Source: Laetmonice hystrix
Taxonomy: Eukaryota
Length of the DNA stretch: 64,000 nucleotides
Assembly: GCA_965235115.1 (NCBI GenBank)
Contig: OZ249436.1
Coordinates: forward strand, 38,690,001 to 38,754,000
Direction: 5' to 3'
Notes under the pieces: model-generated
Database searches by the model: none
Told to the model about the DNA's origin: nothing
Seen by the model: the letters and a program-made list of their open reading frames with translations, nothing else
In this document: one piece after another, positions 53,001 to 64,000 of the stretch
Position numbering within the stretch: position 1 is the stretch's first letter
How the letters are laid out: every line of letters begins with the position of its first letter
Program-made: the position numbers and the translations under genes

Positions 53001-54317
53001 AAACGGATGGACACTCGGCTGTCAAATATAGAGGTAAACATGAACGAGGTGAATACTCTGACCACTGAAGTTCACACACTGAAGAACACTTGCTCACAGT
53101 CCCCTCGCTCACAGCCAGGCTGAATCGTCAGGAAATTGAGCTCTGACGTGTAAATGATGAACTTCAGGAACAAAAGGCGCATAACATGAAGACCAATTTG
53201 ATCTTTTCCTTCGATAAGAATAGTGAGGACGGACGTGAACTTGAGGACAAAGACTGCGTCAATGTGATCAGACGATTCCTAACAACAGCCATGAGTGTTC
53301 CCAGTGCATCCAACATGTACATACCTGTGGCACACCGACTAGGAGGCAAGATTCCGGGGATGCATAGGTCCATCATTGCCAAATTCCCAATTGCATCACA
53401 GTCCTCAACAGTGCTAAAGCACACTACAAGACTTCGTGGACCACCAGGAATTTTGTCTCCAAACAGCTGCCCCCCCCCCCCCCACCTATAAGGAGAGACA
53501 ATTCGCCATGCGTGAGTCAGGGGCGTAGGAAAAGCGGGGGCCAGGGGGGCCATGGCCCCCCACTTTGAAATGGGGGGGGGGGGCAGGGTATCTTTTGGCC
53601 CCCCACTTTTTCTCTTCCCTTGACTTTTGCCATTGGAAGTCTATGGGGGAGGGTATTTTCTCACATTTGAGACCTTATTGTGTGCTCTAAGATGCATCGG
53701 GGCATGCCCTGGACCCCCCTAGCATGGCTTCACGCTTTCGGCGCTCGTCCAGTCCCCCGCCAAACTGTAGGCCTAATCCCCCTCGAAAAATCCTGCACAT
53801 GGCCCTGTTAGCCCCCCCCCCCCCCCCCACCACCACCACTTTTAAAGTGCTTCCTACGCCTCTGTGAGTTCCGCAAGAAGAAAAACTCCCCAGCTAACAG
53901 GGCCCGTCTTGCCAATGACAAACTGTTCATCCGGTTGAAACTGCATGGGAAACTGCAAACAAAGTTCCTCCAACTGCTACTACCTGACCCGGATACTGAG
54001 ACTGAGGATGTAGCTGTGTCTGAGAGCCAGGAAGCCCAGGATTCTGGAAGTGTCTTCAAGGTCTATGCCGCTCCTGCATCCTCCCTGGAGGAGGTAAGCG
54101 CCAGGATACAGCAGACCCTTCTCATGTCCAAAGTTTCACAGGCAAGCCATTTCATCTACGCATAGACTAAAACCGACTGAAAGGCACTGGGCCAGGTATT
54201 GAGGAGAACTTTGTGTCAGATGGTGATCATGGAATGGGCTTGGCCCTACTAAATCTTCTCAGAACCCGTGAAGCAGAGAATCTCATTTGTGTAGTGACCC
54301 GTGACTCTGGAAACTGA
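53001..54317 (+). mobile_element. Decayed LINE B ORF1: coiled coil, RRM/CTD (L1 ORF1-like) and IMPACT/YigZ domain
   Basis: RMDTRLSNIE...ELQEQKAHNMKTNLIF...VAHRLG...RSIIAKF...VSKQLPP..KERQF...RARLANDKLFI then GSVFKVYAA...KVSQASHFIYA(Y)R...SDGDHGMGLALLNLL...NLICVVTR; stops and frameshifts present. Confidence 0.8.
53518..53864. mobile_element. MITE with CAG termini and 5-bp TSD (hAT5-like) inserted in LINE B ORF1
   Basis: caggggcgtaggaa / ttcctacgcctctg; TGAGT on both flanks; excision restores ...QFAMREFRKKK. Confidence 0.85.
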
Positions 54318-54402
54318 TATTGCACTCTGCTTCGCGTCGTGCAATATCAGGTCCCATCGTGCCATAAATTTTCATATTGCACGATACCAAGTGCCATATT
54401 TG

Positions 54403-54582
54403 TATAATATTCACAGTCTACCGAGTAAGTTTGAGCAACTGAAACAACTTATCTCCACACTTAGTGAAGGCCCTGAAGTTTGGACTAATCTGGAACGATC
54501 GATTAAAAATGCTAGGTCACGATACCAGTTTAAGCAACAATTAAGAAACAAATTTATTGACAACTATGAGCGAAACTTGTGA
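54403..54582 (+). mobile_element. Internally deleted LINE ORF2 remnant (endonuclease start fused to ORF2 C-terminus)
   Basis: YNIHSLPSKFEQL (APE motif I-like) joined in frame to GPEVWTNLERSIKNARSRYQFKQQL, typical of the CR1/L2-group ORF2 end. Confidence 0.7.
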
Positions 54583-54811
54583 TATAAAGGTCTACAACAT
54601 GACTAAGCTAGAAATCTTAGGAAATTCAGTGAGTATGATACATCCTACTTTAACAATAATCGTATAGTTTTTCTCCCAACCTACCGGTGACAATAATCAA
54701 GTATCACTAATGTCAGTGTCTATTGGTTACCTATTGCCCCTAAATGATTACGTCTATTATTGTTGGTTTTCTCTGTGAGAGAAATGCCAAATCAGCCGGG
54801 CGTGATGACTT

Positions 54812-55100
54812 GAGACAGACTGTGTGACCCTAAAGAAACTAGGTGATTCGATCCGACTGCCTGTAGGTTCGGCCTGGGACACGGAAAAACTAATCGTCAT
54901 GCAGCATGCTGTGGCAAAAAAGTTCCGCCAGAATCCCAAACTTCATGACGCCCTCCTGCGAACGGGCGATACAACTTGAGTTGAAGCTACGAGAGATAAA
55001 GTTCTGCGCCATGATTGGTTCACTTAAAATGAAATCAAATACTTGGAAAGAGAGAAATCGACTGGGGGAAATATTAATGAATGTAAACCTTTCCAAATAA
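54812..55100 (+). pseudogene. NADAR (YbiA/DUF1768-like) domain, C-terminal part, attributed to LINE A ORF1
   Basis: TLKKLGDSI...WDTEKLIVMQHAVAKKFRQNPKLHDALLRTGDTT*VEATRDK/F...WKERNRLGEILMNV; one stop and one frameshift. Confidence 0.85.
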
Positions 55101-55618
55101 ACATTGTGCCACGGGACTTACACTCCTCATAGCAGTGTACTTTTTCCACGGTAAATTTGATTTGCTTTAATGTATTCCACCATCTTTATGAGTTGATACC
55201 GTCACCTGCGTAAACTGTGTATAATGATACACTCTCCCAACATATTTTTCAGCAGTTCCGAATTACGAAACCGATTCTCCCCATGCACTTTGGCACAGTT
55301 AAATCGACCTTTTCCCTTTGGGACACTTTTGATTTGTCCGATTTCATTTGAACATTTGCATTATAAAAGAATATCCTCTCATAACATGCTTTGTACCTGT
55401 ATAGGGATACAGTAACTGACCTGTTACGGTTTATGCACATGTCACAAAACCTGACAATTCTAGAATGTCTGCCTTTGTTGTATGGGAACGAAGACTTTCA
55501 GTCTAAATCTGGAAGTTCGTATATTACTTTTAGGGGGTTGAATATGACTGCTGAAGAACTTGAACCAAGTGATTTAAATAATACAGAATGTTTCGACATT
55601 TTATTTGTAGGTCATGCA

Positions 55619-55915
55619 GATATGGATCCTGATATAAACTGTGCCTTAAAGTTATACAAATCGACATTACTTCCCGAAGAACTAGACCAAGTGCTTGGCA
55701 ATGACAATGATGCTTGCCTAATATTCTAGCTCTCAACATACGCAGCTTATCAAAAAACGTTGACGATTTTCTGATAACATTTCAAATGGTTTTACCAGTA
55801 ATACCCATTTTTATACTAACTGAGACTTGGTTCACTGAATGTATGTACATCTGTTTCATATAGACAATTATACCGTGTTTCATGAATGTAGAAGAAAGAA
55901 AAAAAGAGGTTGTGT
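55619..55915 (+). mobile_element. LINE ORF2 apurinic endonuclease N-terminal remnant
   Basis: DMDPDIN leader, ILALNIRSLSKN, FILTETWF, then IDNYTVFHECR..KKRG after a frameshift. Confidence 0.8.
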
Positions 55916-57831
55916 ATAATGCAAGTACCTTATTACACTCCGAATATGTTAAGAAATATACTCTACAAAATTATTATCAGTTCTTATGTATATATTAAGA
56001 TCAAGAAAAAGTATACCGGTACCCCACAAGATGTTTATTATATGTGCATGCCAGTGCCGTTCAGGGAGTGCCATACGGTGGTCCGTATGGCACGGGAGTA
56101 TATACAAAGCTCTAGTGTGAGGGCGTTATAACCCATTCACTTACGTCTGTTTTCCCCGTATATAGGCTTATAGCTAAAAATAATAAAGTGGTAGATATAG
56201 CAGCTATGTAGGCCTATATATAAATATCGATGACGGCAGCCTGGCTGCCAGTGGTGTCTGTGGCATGGGGCAATGATTTTTGTTAGATATAATGGATATA
56301 AAACCTGTATAGAAATGTTTAATAATTCAATTAATAATGTTTAATTATCTAAACTTCGCCATATATAACAATGAACAGCTGACTAAGCTGATTAAGGAAT
56401 TTATTCCTAATAACTATGTAGTTGACTATAGAAAGATGATGCAGTATGAATTGTTATGAGTTGGTTAAAAGGATGATACAACATATATCTGTTAGTAAAG
56501 ATACAGCACAGTATATTGGTTATACAATATTAATGATTCATCACATAGAACAGGTCCAGACCATGTAAGACATGACCCGACATCCCCATAGATCTTGTTC
56601 TTGTTATCATATCAAGAGATGTTTATATGATAACAGTGTTTGTTATCATAATAGGTTATAGCGAACCAGGAATGTTTATAGATAAGCATCAGTTAGGGTT
56701 CAACCCAAACCATGTCGTGAGTAACTCTAACAATGGTTTATAGTTTCTATAGTTGTCACGTGCAAGAATGTTATTAAAGCAGGATAGGTGCATGCACTCT
56801 GAGAATCACAAACTGGTTCTGTCCAACCCGAACGATATCATTTGAACTTATTTAACAAGGAACTGGCCTGATACCCGGCGAATCACTCGTAATAACGGAT
56901 ATTTCTGGATGGCAAATTGGGACTCCTTTGCCTAGCGAATTACGGCGGCTTGCTGAAAGTTGGACTGTTTACAACCCGCCCGTAACCACAGCTATATAAT
57001 CCTGTGCATTCTCACGCTCTCATCCCGCAGAAGGGGGGGGGGGGGTGGATTCCCCAACATGTGCCTGTAATGTAAACAGACAATCGTCCGCGTTACTTGT
57101 GGCAACGGTTGAACAGGCAACATGCCACGCACATGGCATAGCCGCTACCTCACTGTACTGCCACAACTTCAGTTAAAAAACGGAAAAAAACATGAAGGAG
57201 ATATTAGTAGATCTCAGGGTAGAATCTTTATCAGCAATGTATTTGAGGGCCTGGACGCTTTTACGGCTGTTGTTGAAGTTGCGACCCAATGACAATACCG
57301 GGCTTGCTGAGATTTTTCTAGACAGGCGAGTTTTTGGACGTTTGGTCTGCACCTGGGCAATTTCTGATTTGAACATAACATCGAAAATAACGACCTAGCA
57401 ACCATTCACTTCTCTGTTAAATTAGCGACGTCGTTAAATAAGGACCTTTAGTAAAACCGGCCCCAGGGTGAACAATTTATTAGTCGTTACCTATACTATA
57501 GTATGCGGAAGGGTCGTTATTGTCGATTACAGCTATGAAATGTATGGGCTGATCGAGAATCTCAACTAGCAGGTGCGCGTCACGTGACACCAGGGAATTC
57601 CCAAGTCTGTTCCTTGTCCCAATTCAAATGACGTCTCAATGCGCCAGAACGAGTTTACGGTGCACGACTGACGAATTCATGTTAATATGTCCAGATGATC
57701 GTTCTTTTCTCAGGCAAAAGGCCGGTATTGCCTGTGATATCGTTTCTCCTTGATGTTGGAAACGTTTGGGGAAAATATAGGAAAATTGTCAACATTGGAT
57801 GTACTAATTTTGTACTAGTTTAACTAATACC

Positions 57832-58010
57832 GTTGACTCACCGACGCTCCAATGCACTTCAAATCGCTTCAAATCGCATTGATACGGTTCGTGACACACC
57901 CAACACGGTTCCCAATGCGCATTGAATGGCATTTAACCCAAACCACATCCATATGTGGATTCAATGCGCATCGAAGCGCATTGAAAAGAAAAACGTTTTT
58001 GGTGTGTCAA
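57832..58010. mobile_element. Small MITE-like element
   Basis: gttgactcacc / ggtgtgtcaac ends with internal caatgcgcattg-type palindromic repeats. Confidence 0.5.
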
Positions 58011-58718
58011 CAGTATAACAAAAATAATGTGACTAACCAACAACATCTCTGGACCATTCTGTATAAGTGCCGCGATTTCATCAATAAATGGGAATCCCCT
58101 GTGGTACTTGGATAGTTAACCAAGCTTTTTCTCCATCATCATTTCGAACCATCTATACGACCATCGATAACTAGTTAATTAGCTGGCCCGACATTCGGAA
58201 ATAGTAGACTGAACCACTTCTGTAATTCCACGTAGTTGTGCAAAGTGTGGGTTACAATAGCAACAACCTTTGCACAATGTCCTTACCAATTCCAACACGC
58301 TGCCACAAAGGCTATACGGAGCCACTGAAAGAATCGAAGTTGGAACAACTGAATTTGGGGCAAACTTTAAATTTGGACTTGGGATGAAATGGTCCAAAAG
58401 GTAGGATAAATTCTTCAAAAAGGGGCTAAAATCTAACACCCAAATAGGCCTTCGATTAAAACTGGAACATTGAAACCTAGAAAAAGCTTGAAATTGACGT
58501 CTTCCCCATGGGCCCCCGTAAACTCATAGCCAGGTTTGTGAAACAGAAAAGGGTCATGAACTTAGGTTGCAGGCTATATAGATTAAGCATGTCAACTGTC
58601 AGTTTCATGGATAACTACTATTTGAAGTCCTCGCCCTGCGTCACACACTATCGGGTTTGTAACCATAGAGAAAGACCACCGACTTACTTTATCTACATTT
58701 TACCACAGGGCAGGCAAC

Positions 58719-59219
58719 ATGTTCGATAAATCGCTATCCACGCTTGCGGCAAGCCTGCTAATTACTTGGATCGTATGGACTACAACACGCAGCTTTCGAA
58801 GCAATCTTTACAAGGCATGGTATGCTAAAGTTGTGAATTTAGCCACTGACTGGTGGTACAACCCAGCAATGGGGTCAGTGAAAACGGTTCTATTCACTGA
58901 TCTCTGCACAACTGCCACAAGAGCTGCACAGCCATTGAAGGTAATCGAAGTCGGTACAGGAAATGGTGCAAACTTCAAATACCTTCCCACAAATTTAGAT
59001 TTGATTTGTTATGAGCCAATCCCTCATTTCCGCCCTTACATACTTAATAACGCCAAGCGCCATCTACCTGGAGTGCCGGTGCGCGTCGTCGAGGATGTGA
59101 TCGGGGATCTGCCCAAGTTTCCTGACAACAGTGTAGACGCTGTCGTCTGTACCCTCGTGTTGTGCTCTGTGGAGGACCAGGCGCGTGTGATCGCCACCAT
59201 CAAACGGGTTCTTAAACCG
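58719..59219 (+). CDS. METTL7A: METTL7A/TMT1A-like thiol methyltransferase, copy 2, coding exon 1
   Basis: Acceptor at 58708, hydrophobic N-terminus, VIEVGTGNGANF, DAVVCTLVLCSVED, RVLKP then GTGAGT. Confidence 0.9.
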
Positions 59220-59555
59220 GTGAGTGTTCTGTTCCAGAATCAGTTATTGACCTGTAGGCCTAAATTAGTACCCAAAAAGAACAGTAACGAGAAATTGCTC
59301 AGTTGAGGAGAAAGTATCCCCTTTGGGGGGCTGTTTGGAGGGCAAATCATGGTTTAACTTTTCTTTTTAAAGGTAGATGTGCGTGATACTGTAGAAATAC
59401 TGAAACTGCATGCTAAACTCTGAACTCATGTAAAAACCAAGAATGGAACAGTTGGGCAACTCCGATGTCAAATATTTTTATAATTAGATAATTAGTTGGG
59501 CAGTTGGGCAACTCTGATGTCAAATATTTTTATAATTAGATAATTTGATGCTTAA

Positions 59556-60370
59556 AGCCCCAGTCACACCAGGCCTGCGACCAGGTTACGACCTAGATGC
59601 GACCGTAAAATGTTGGAATCGCAGGCAAATCGTAGAAAGAGCGTGCGACTGGTCGCAGAGGTCGTGAGTGATCGCCAGAGCAAAATCAGTCGCAGCAAGG
59701 TCGATGGTCATGTCCAGCCCCAGTCACACCGGGCCTGCGACCAGGTTATTATGACCTAGTGGCGATCAAAAAATGTTGAAATCGCAGGCAACTCGTGAAA
59801 AGAGTAGGCGACTGGTAGCAGAGAACGTGAGTGATCGCCAGAGCAAATCTAGTTGCAGCAAGGTCGATGGTCATGTTCAAAACATTTGACCTGCGATTCC
59901 AAATCGTAGATAGGTGGCAGACAGGTCTTATAATGGTCGTATCTGTCGTGCATGGTCGCATCACCAGTCTTGCATGATCGCAGGTCAAGCAGATCAGGTA
60001 GGTACAACTGGTCGTGCCACCTGACGATTGGTGGTGCCACCTGTCGTATGACCTCACGATCATCTGTACTGCGCCCAGTAACGACCAGTCCCGACTGGTT
60101 GCACGACCCTACAATAATTTGGTGGTCGCCACGATTGATCGTACGATCGATCACTGATCGCCACCACTAGTTGCACGATTACCTACGATTGATCTTGCAA
60201 TTAATCTTCCCGAATCGCAAGTAATCGCAGGACGACGACCACCAATCGTACCAGCACCAACCACCAATCATTAAGGGCAGTCGCAGTATGCGACCGTATG
60301 GAGATCGTAGCAAGCATTGCCGATTGGCCGTACCTAGGCCAATTCACGATCCAGAAATGTGACTGAGGCT
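59556..60370. mobile_element. Non-autonomous DNA transposon (TTAA flanks) with CGA/TCG-rich body; related sequence continues to about 61020
   Basis: TTAA|agccccagtcaca ... tgtgactgaggct|TTAA; left end duplicated internally at about 59715. Confidence 0.75.
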
Positions 60371-61124
60371 TTAAGATCCTCATAGGTCGGGATAGGGCAC
60401 GATTGCATCCCAACAATTTTGAACTATTCAAAGCAATCGGCATTGGCCGGGGGGAAGCTCAAATCGGGGCTATATCGTAGGTCAAACATTGCTCAGTCTA
60501 GAATAGTCGGGGGGGGGGGGGATCGGGATAGGTCGTTGTTTTCTTCTTGGTTGATCGTAGGACAATCGCTATAAAATTCCCAAAGATCTAAATCTGACGT
60601 TATCGGGACAGGTCGTAGCTCGGTTGGGGCTCAGACGGCATAGAACGTTGCTACATCGTTGGTCAATCTTTCTAGGTCGCCATAATATCGCGCCGGGATC
60701 TTGATAGGACGTAGACCTGCATATGTCGGCATAGAACGTTGCTTATTTATCGTTGCTCGATCGGGAAGGTCAGGTCGATGTCGGGGGTAGAACATAATAG
60801 AACGCAGCCTGATCGTTGAGAGGTAGGCCCTATTTGGAATACCGTTGCCTAATCTTCGTTGAACGTGACAATTCGTAGCTCGGTCTTCGAGTTGCCATTA
60901 GGCGGAGCTAAAATGAATTTGAGCGCTGATTTCATCACGATTATTCATCACGACATAAAATTAATTTCAGATCTTGATATAGAACGGCATAGACCGTAGT
61001 AGATCTACAATCGTCGTTGGTGGGACTGCGGGTGTAGGTGCATGCGTTTGATAATAGGTCTACATTCGTCTTTCATAGAGAGCCGATCCGACTTACTCAA
61101 CCGCCGCCGTTAATACCTTGAATA

Positions 61125-62032
61125 CAGTGGCCGAGAAGTGCACCACGGCTCGGCGTACTAAAACCTCGGCTCGGCCACCCTAAACCTCGGCTCGGCTAAC
61201 CCCAAACTACCAAACCTCGGCTCGGCCAACTCCAAACCTCGGCTCAGCTCACCTCAAACCTCAGCTCGGCTGACCCCAAACATCGGCTCGGCTAGACATA
61301 AACCTCGGCTCGGCTTGCCTGTAGGCCCTAGTACCAGATTAGTCCACCAGAGGGCTACCAGGTATCTACCACTCATAGAGGTCTACTTACCAGGTGGCGC
61401 CAGTTATTTCCTCTTAAATCATTGTTAATAGAATTTACTGCAGTTGTATAGGCCCTACCTCTAGGGCAAAAATGTGTCAGAGAATAGGCCTTATTCTTAC
61501 AATTTTGTCAGACCATGGCATAGAGCTATAGATTGATACTGATAGAACTGTGTAGTTGGAGGGAAGGCCGACTCTCTTTCTCGCCCCAATTATCGCTCAA
61601 AATTCGATTCAGGACGCACAACAATGAGTGGTCCACTCACTGCTTTCCGCCAGTAAAGTTATTTAACCCAAGATAAATGCAAGATTGTGTTTTAGATTAT
61701 TACGTAGACCTGTCGAATTTAGAAGCACTGTTCATCCTGACCGTAGATTCTACTGAGCAACTCCAAAACATTTCAGATAATTGCTCATAGACATAGCCTT
61801 TTTTTAACATGCATGCTTTCTCGACATCCTGAGGCGGCGTTTTAGTTTGACAAGATCCGACAGATGTCAGTAGTGAGCTACCGAGTCATATTGGGGTTAG
61901 CCGTGCCGAGGTTTGGGGTTAGCCGTGCCGAGGTTTAGTAGATTTTGCTAGCCGAGCCGAGGTTTAAGGCTAGGGTTAGCCGAGCCGAGGTTTACTGTTA
62001 TAGCCGAGCCGTAGTGCACTTCTCGGCCACCG
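61125..62032. mobile_element. Non-autonomous Tc1/mariner-type element with TA TSD
   Basis: TA|cagtggccgagaagtgcaccacggctcggc ... gccgagccgtagtgcacttctcggccaccg|TA; subterminal aaacctcggctcggc repeats on both arms. Confidence 0.88.
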
Positions 62033-62324
62033 TACTACAACCCCCAATCTCATATCGAGATGGAGTCGGGTTGACCGCGGTGGTATGGTTTCCAGACATC
62101 AACGGTTATTATCATGTCGGCCTCCAGGTGAAGATCTAGGGTACCTACCTGCCCTCACCAGCAACTTGTTTGTCATCGCACTACAATGGCGTCAGGTTCC
62201 GGGGCGGCTGCTACCATACCGTACTGAGCACCTTCTGCCGTTAGCTAACTGGGACTCCTGCAACTGGAGTCCTTATGTCTTCTTATTTGACTTGAATTCA
62301 TGTCCAACACTTTCGCATTCACAG

Positions 62325-62558
62325 GGTGGCAAATACTACTTCTTGGAGCACGTGGCCGCGGATGGAGACCGGTGGCTCTACCTGGTACAACGCTGGGTGA
62401 ACGGCATCTGGAAATGGACGTTCCATGGGTGCAATCTCACCAGACTGACATGGGAATCTATCCAGGACGCCGGTTTCACTGATGTAAACTTCCAATTTAT
62501 AGAAGCCCCAGTAGCCGCCCTCGTGCGTCCCCATATTGTTGGCACTGCAACCAAATAA
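62325..62558 (+). CDS. METTL7A: METTL7A/TMT1A-like methyltransferase, copy 2, coding exon 2 (244 aa total)
   Basis: TTCACAG acceptor; GGKYYFLEHV...HGCNLTRLTWESIQDAGF...RPHIVGTATK*. Confidence 0.9.
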   Translation, partial: GGKYYFLEHVAADGDRWLYLVQRWVNGIWKWTFHGCNLTRLTWESIQDAGFTDVNFQFIEAPVAALVRPHIVGTATK

Positions 62559-62667
62559 GACCTGACTGTAAATGATATCTTCTCGTCCGTTTTGCCACGC
62601 TCTTTTAAAAACCAAAATTGTTGTCAAAGCTTATGAGATCTCCGGCAAGGTAATTATGCTCTGTTTA

Positions 62668-63053
62668 GGCCAAAAAAAAAATAGATTCGTTTCTTGTCCC
62701 CGCGCGCGTCACCTAAAAACCCCCGCGTCATGTCTTTTTTTTCAAATCCGACTGCTTCATATGGTGGGCAGTGTAGCGCTGAGACAGAACGTTGCAACGG
62801 TTCTTTGGCGTTGGCGCCTTTCTGTTAGTCTTATTGCTTTTTATGCGAGTTTTACACATTCTAAAACATTGAACATCATTGCATTAGTCTTTTCTTCAAG
62901 ATTTATGTACCCAACAGCAATTGCATTCGAAGAATCGGCCGTTGTCTAGTTGAATCCAAAAAAAAAAGAAAGATGAAAAAAAAAGCCGCGTCACCGCACC
63001 TTTTTTTTTATATGAAAGGACAAGAAACGAAACTTTTTTTTGGGGGGGGGGCC
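62668..63053. mobile_element. PIF/Harbinger-like MITE (TTA TSD) just 3' of copy 2
   Basis: TTA|ggccaaaaaaaaaatagattcgtttcttgtcc ... ggacaagaaacgaaacttttttttggg..gcc|TTA. Confidence 0.75.
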
Positions 63054-63663
63054 TTAAGGACGTTGATTATAACGTATGGTCTCTTAATTGTTCTTACTGG
63101 TCAAAGCAGGGTTCACTTGCTTCCCAGTTATTGATGAATTAGGATTATGCTTTTAACAAATCAGTTTGGGATGTAGCGAGTCACAACCTTTAGCAAATGC
63201 GGAAGGTCACCACCTCGGTGCACCTTGCCCAACCTCGGCGCCATGAAGTAAAGCATATAGGGTATTTGAAAATAAAGAAAGCATGTCATGACATGGATGT
63301 ACACCAGTGGTCATACAGTCTATGCGTAAGACGTTGTGATAATCTGACTTTATTGTCCGTTATGTAATTGTGCATGGCGTAACGTTCGATGGTAAACCAT
63401 ACTCAAGCTTTATCTTTTTATCGCATTCCTTGGGAAAATTTCATTGAATATTTCCTCTGTTCTAATAAGGAGTGTTAAGGAGAACATAAATTGGAATGAT
63501 ATTCTCTGTAAAAAAACACTACGTTTTCTAGCGCAAGGAAATGTCTAATAAATGATATAATTAACAAACATTTATAAAGTTATCTATGTTTCTCTGTCTC
63601 TCTGTGTCTCTTTATCTGTCTGTCTCTGTCTCTCTGTATTGTTGAATGAGGTCTATGCTGTTA

Positions 63664-64000
63664 GGCTCAGTCCCACTGGGCATTTTTGACCTCGGGGATG
63701 TTCTCCCGATCTAAATTGAAGAGCCTCGGGAGGCATCGGGAACAGGTTCCCCGGTGTTTCGAGGAAGCCTCGGGAGCGTCGGGAGCCATGTGGAACCATC
63801 GGGAGGCATCGAAAGAACTGCGAAAAATTTCAATGCCTGCATTGAAATTTTTCCTGATGTGTTCCCGACGTTTTGTCGGTAAAACAGGCCGGGGAGGCAA
63901 CCCCGTAGCTTTCCCGAGCCCCGGGGAAGCCCCGGGGATGCTTCCCCTGAGCTTCCGCGAAACCTTCGTCCCCCCCGAACCGCGTGTGTTGTTTCGGCGA
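63664..64000. mobile_element. Left part of a Harbinger-like element running off the window
   Basis: TTA|ggctcagtcccactg terminus followed by tcggga/cccga-rich repeats; second end not visible. Confidence 0.5.

Overview
Animal genomic DNA with spliceosomal GT-AG introns and many transposons. It is probably from a marine invertebrate, but the taxon cannot be fixed from the sequence. (1) A + strand gene spans about 12.1-40.5 kb. Six exons splice in frame (1835 nt, about 611 codons plus an unlocated N-terminal exon) into a type I membrane protein: SUEL/rhamnose-lectin domain, CUB, sushi/CCP, stalk, TM helix and a cytoplasmic tail of about 280 aa. (2) Two tandem METTL7A/TMT1A-like SAM-dependent methyltransferase genes (50.7-52.1 kb and 58.7-62.6 kb) share a 276-nt near-identical tract that looks like gene conversion. 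(3) Between them lies a nest of decayed LINE retrotransposons whose ORF1 regions carry unexpected cargo: a NADAR (YbiA-like) domain in one and an IMPACT/YigZ (UPF0029) domain in the other. This is the most novel-looking signal in the window. (4) Also present are a decayed Tc1 transposase, a tRNA-derived SINE, many MITEs with TA, TTA, CAG, TTAA, 5-bp, 8-bp or 9-bp target duplications (one inserted into a splice donor), and several minisatellite arrays. All domain calls come from motif recognition by eye; no database searches were run.
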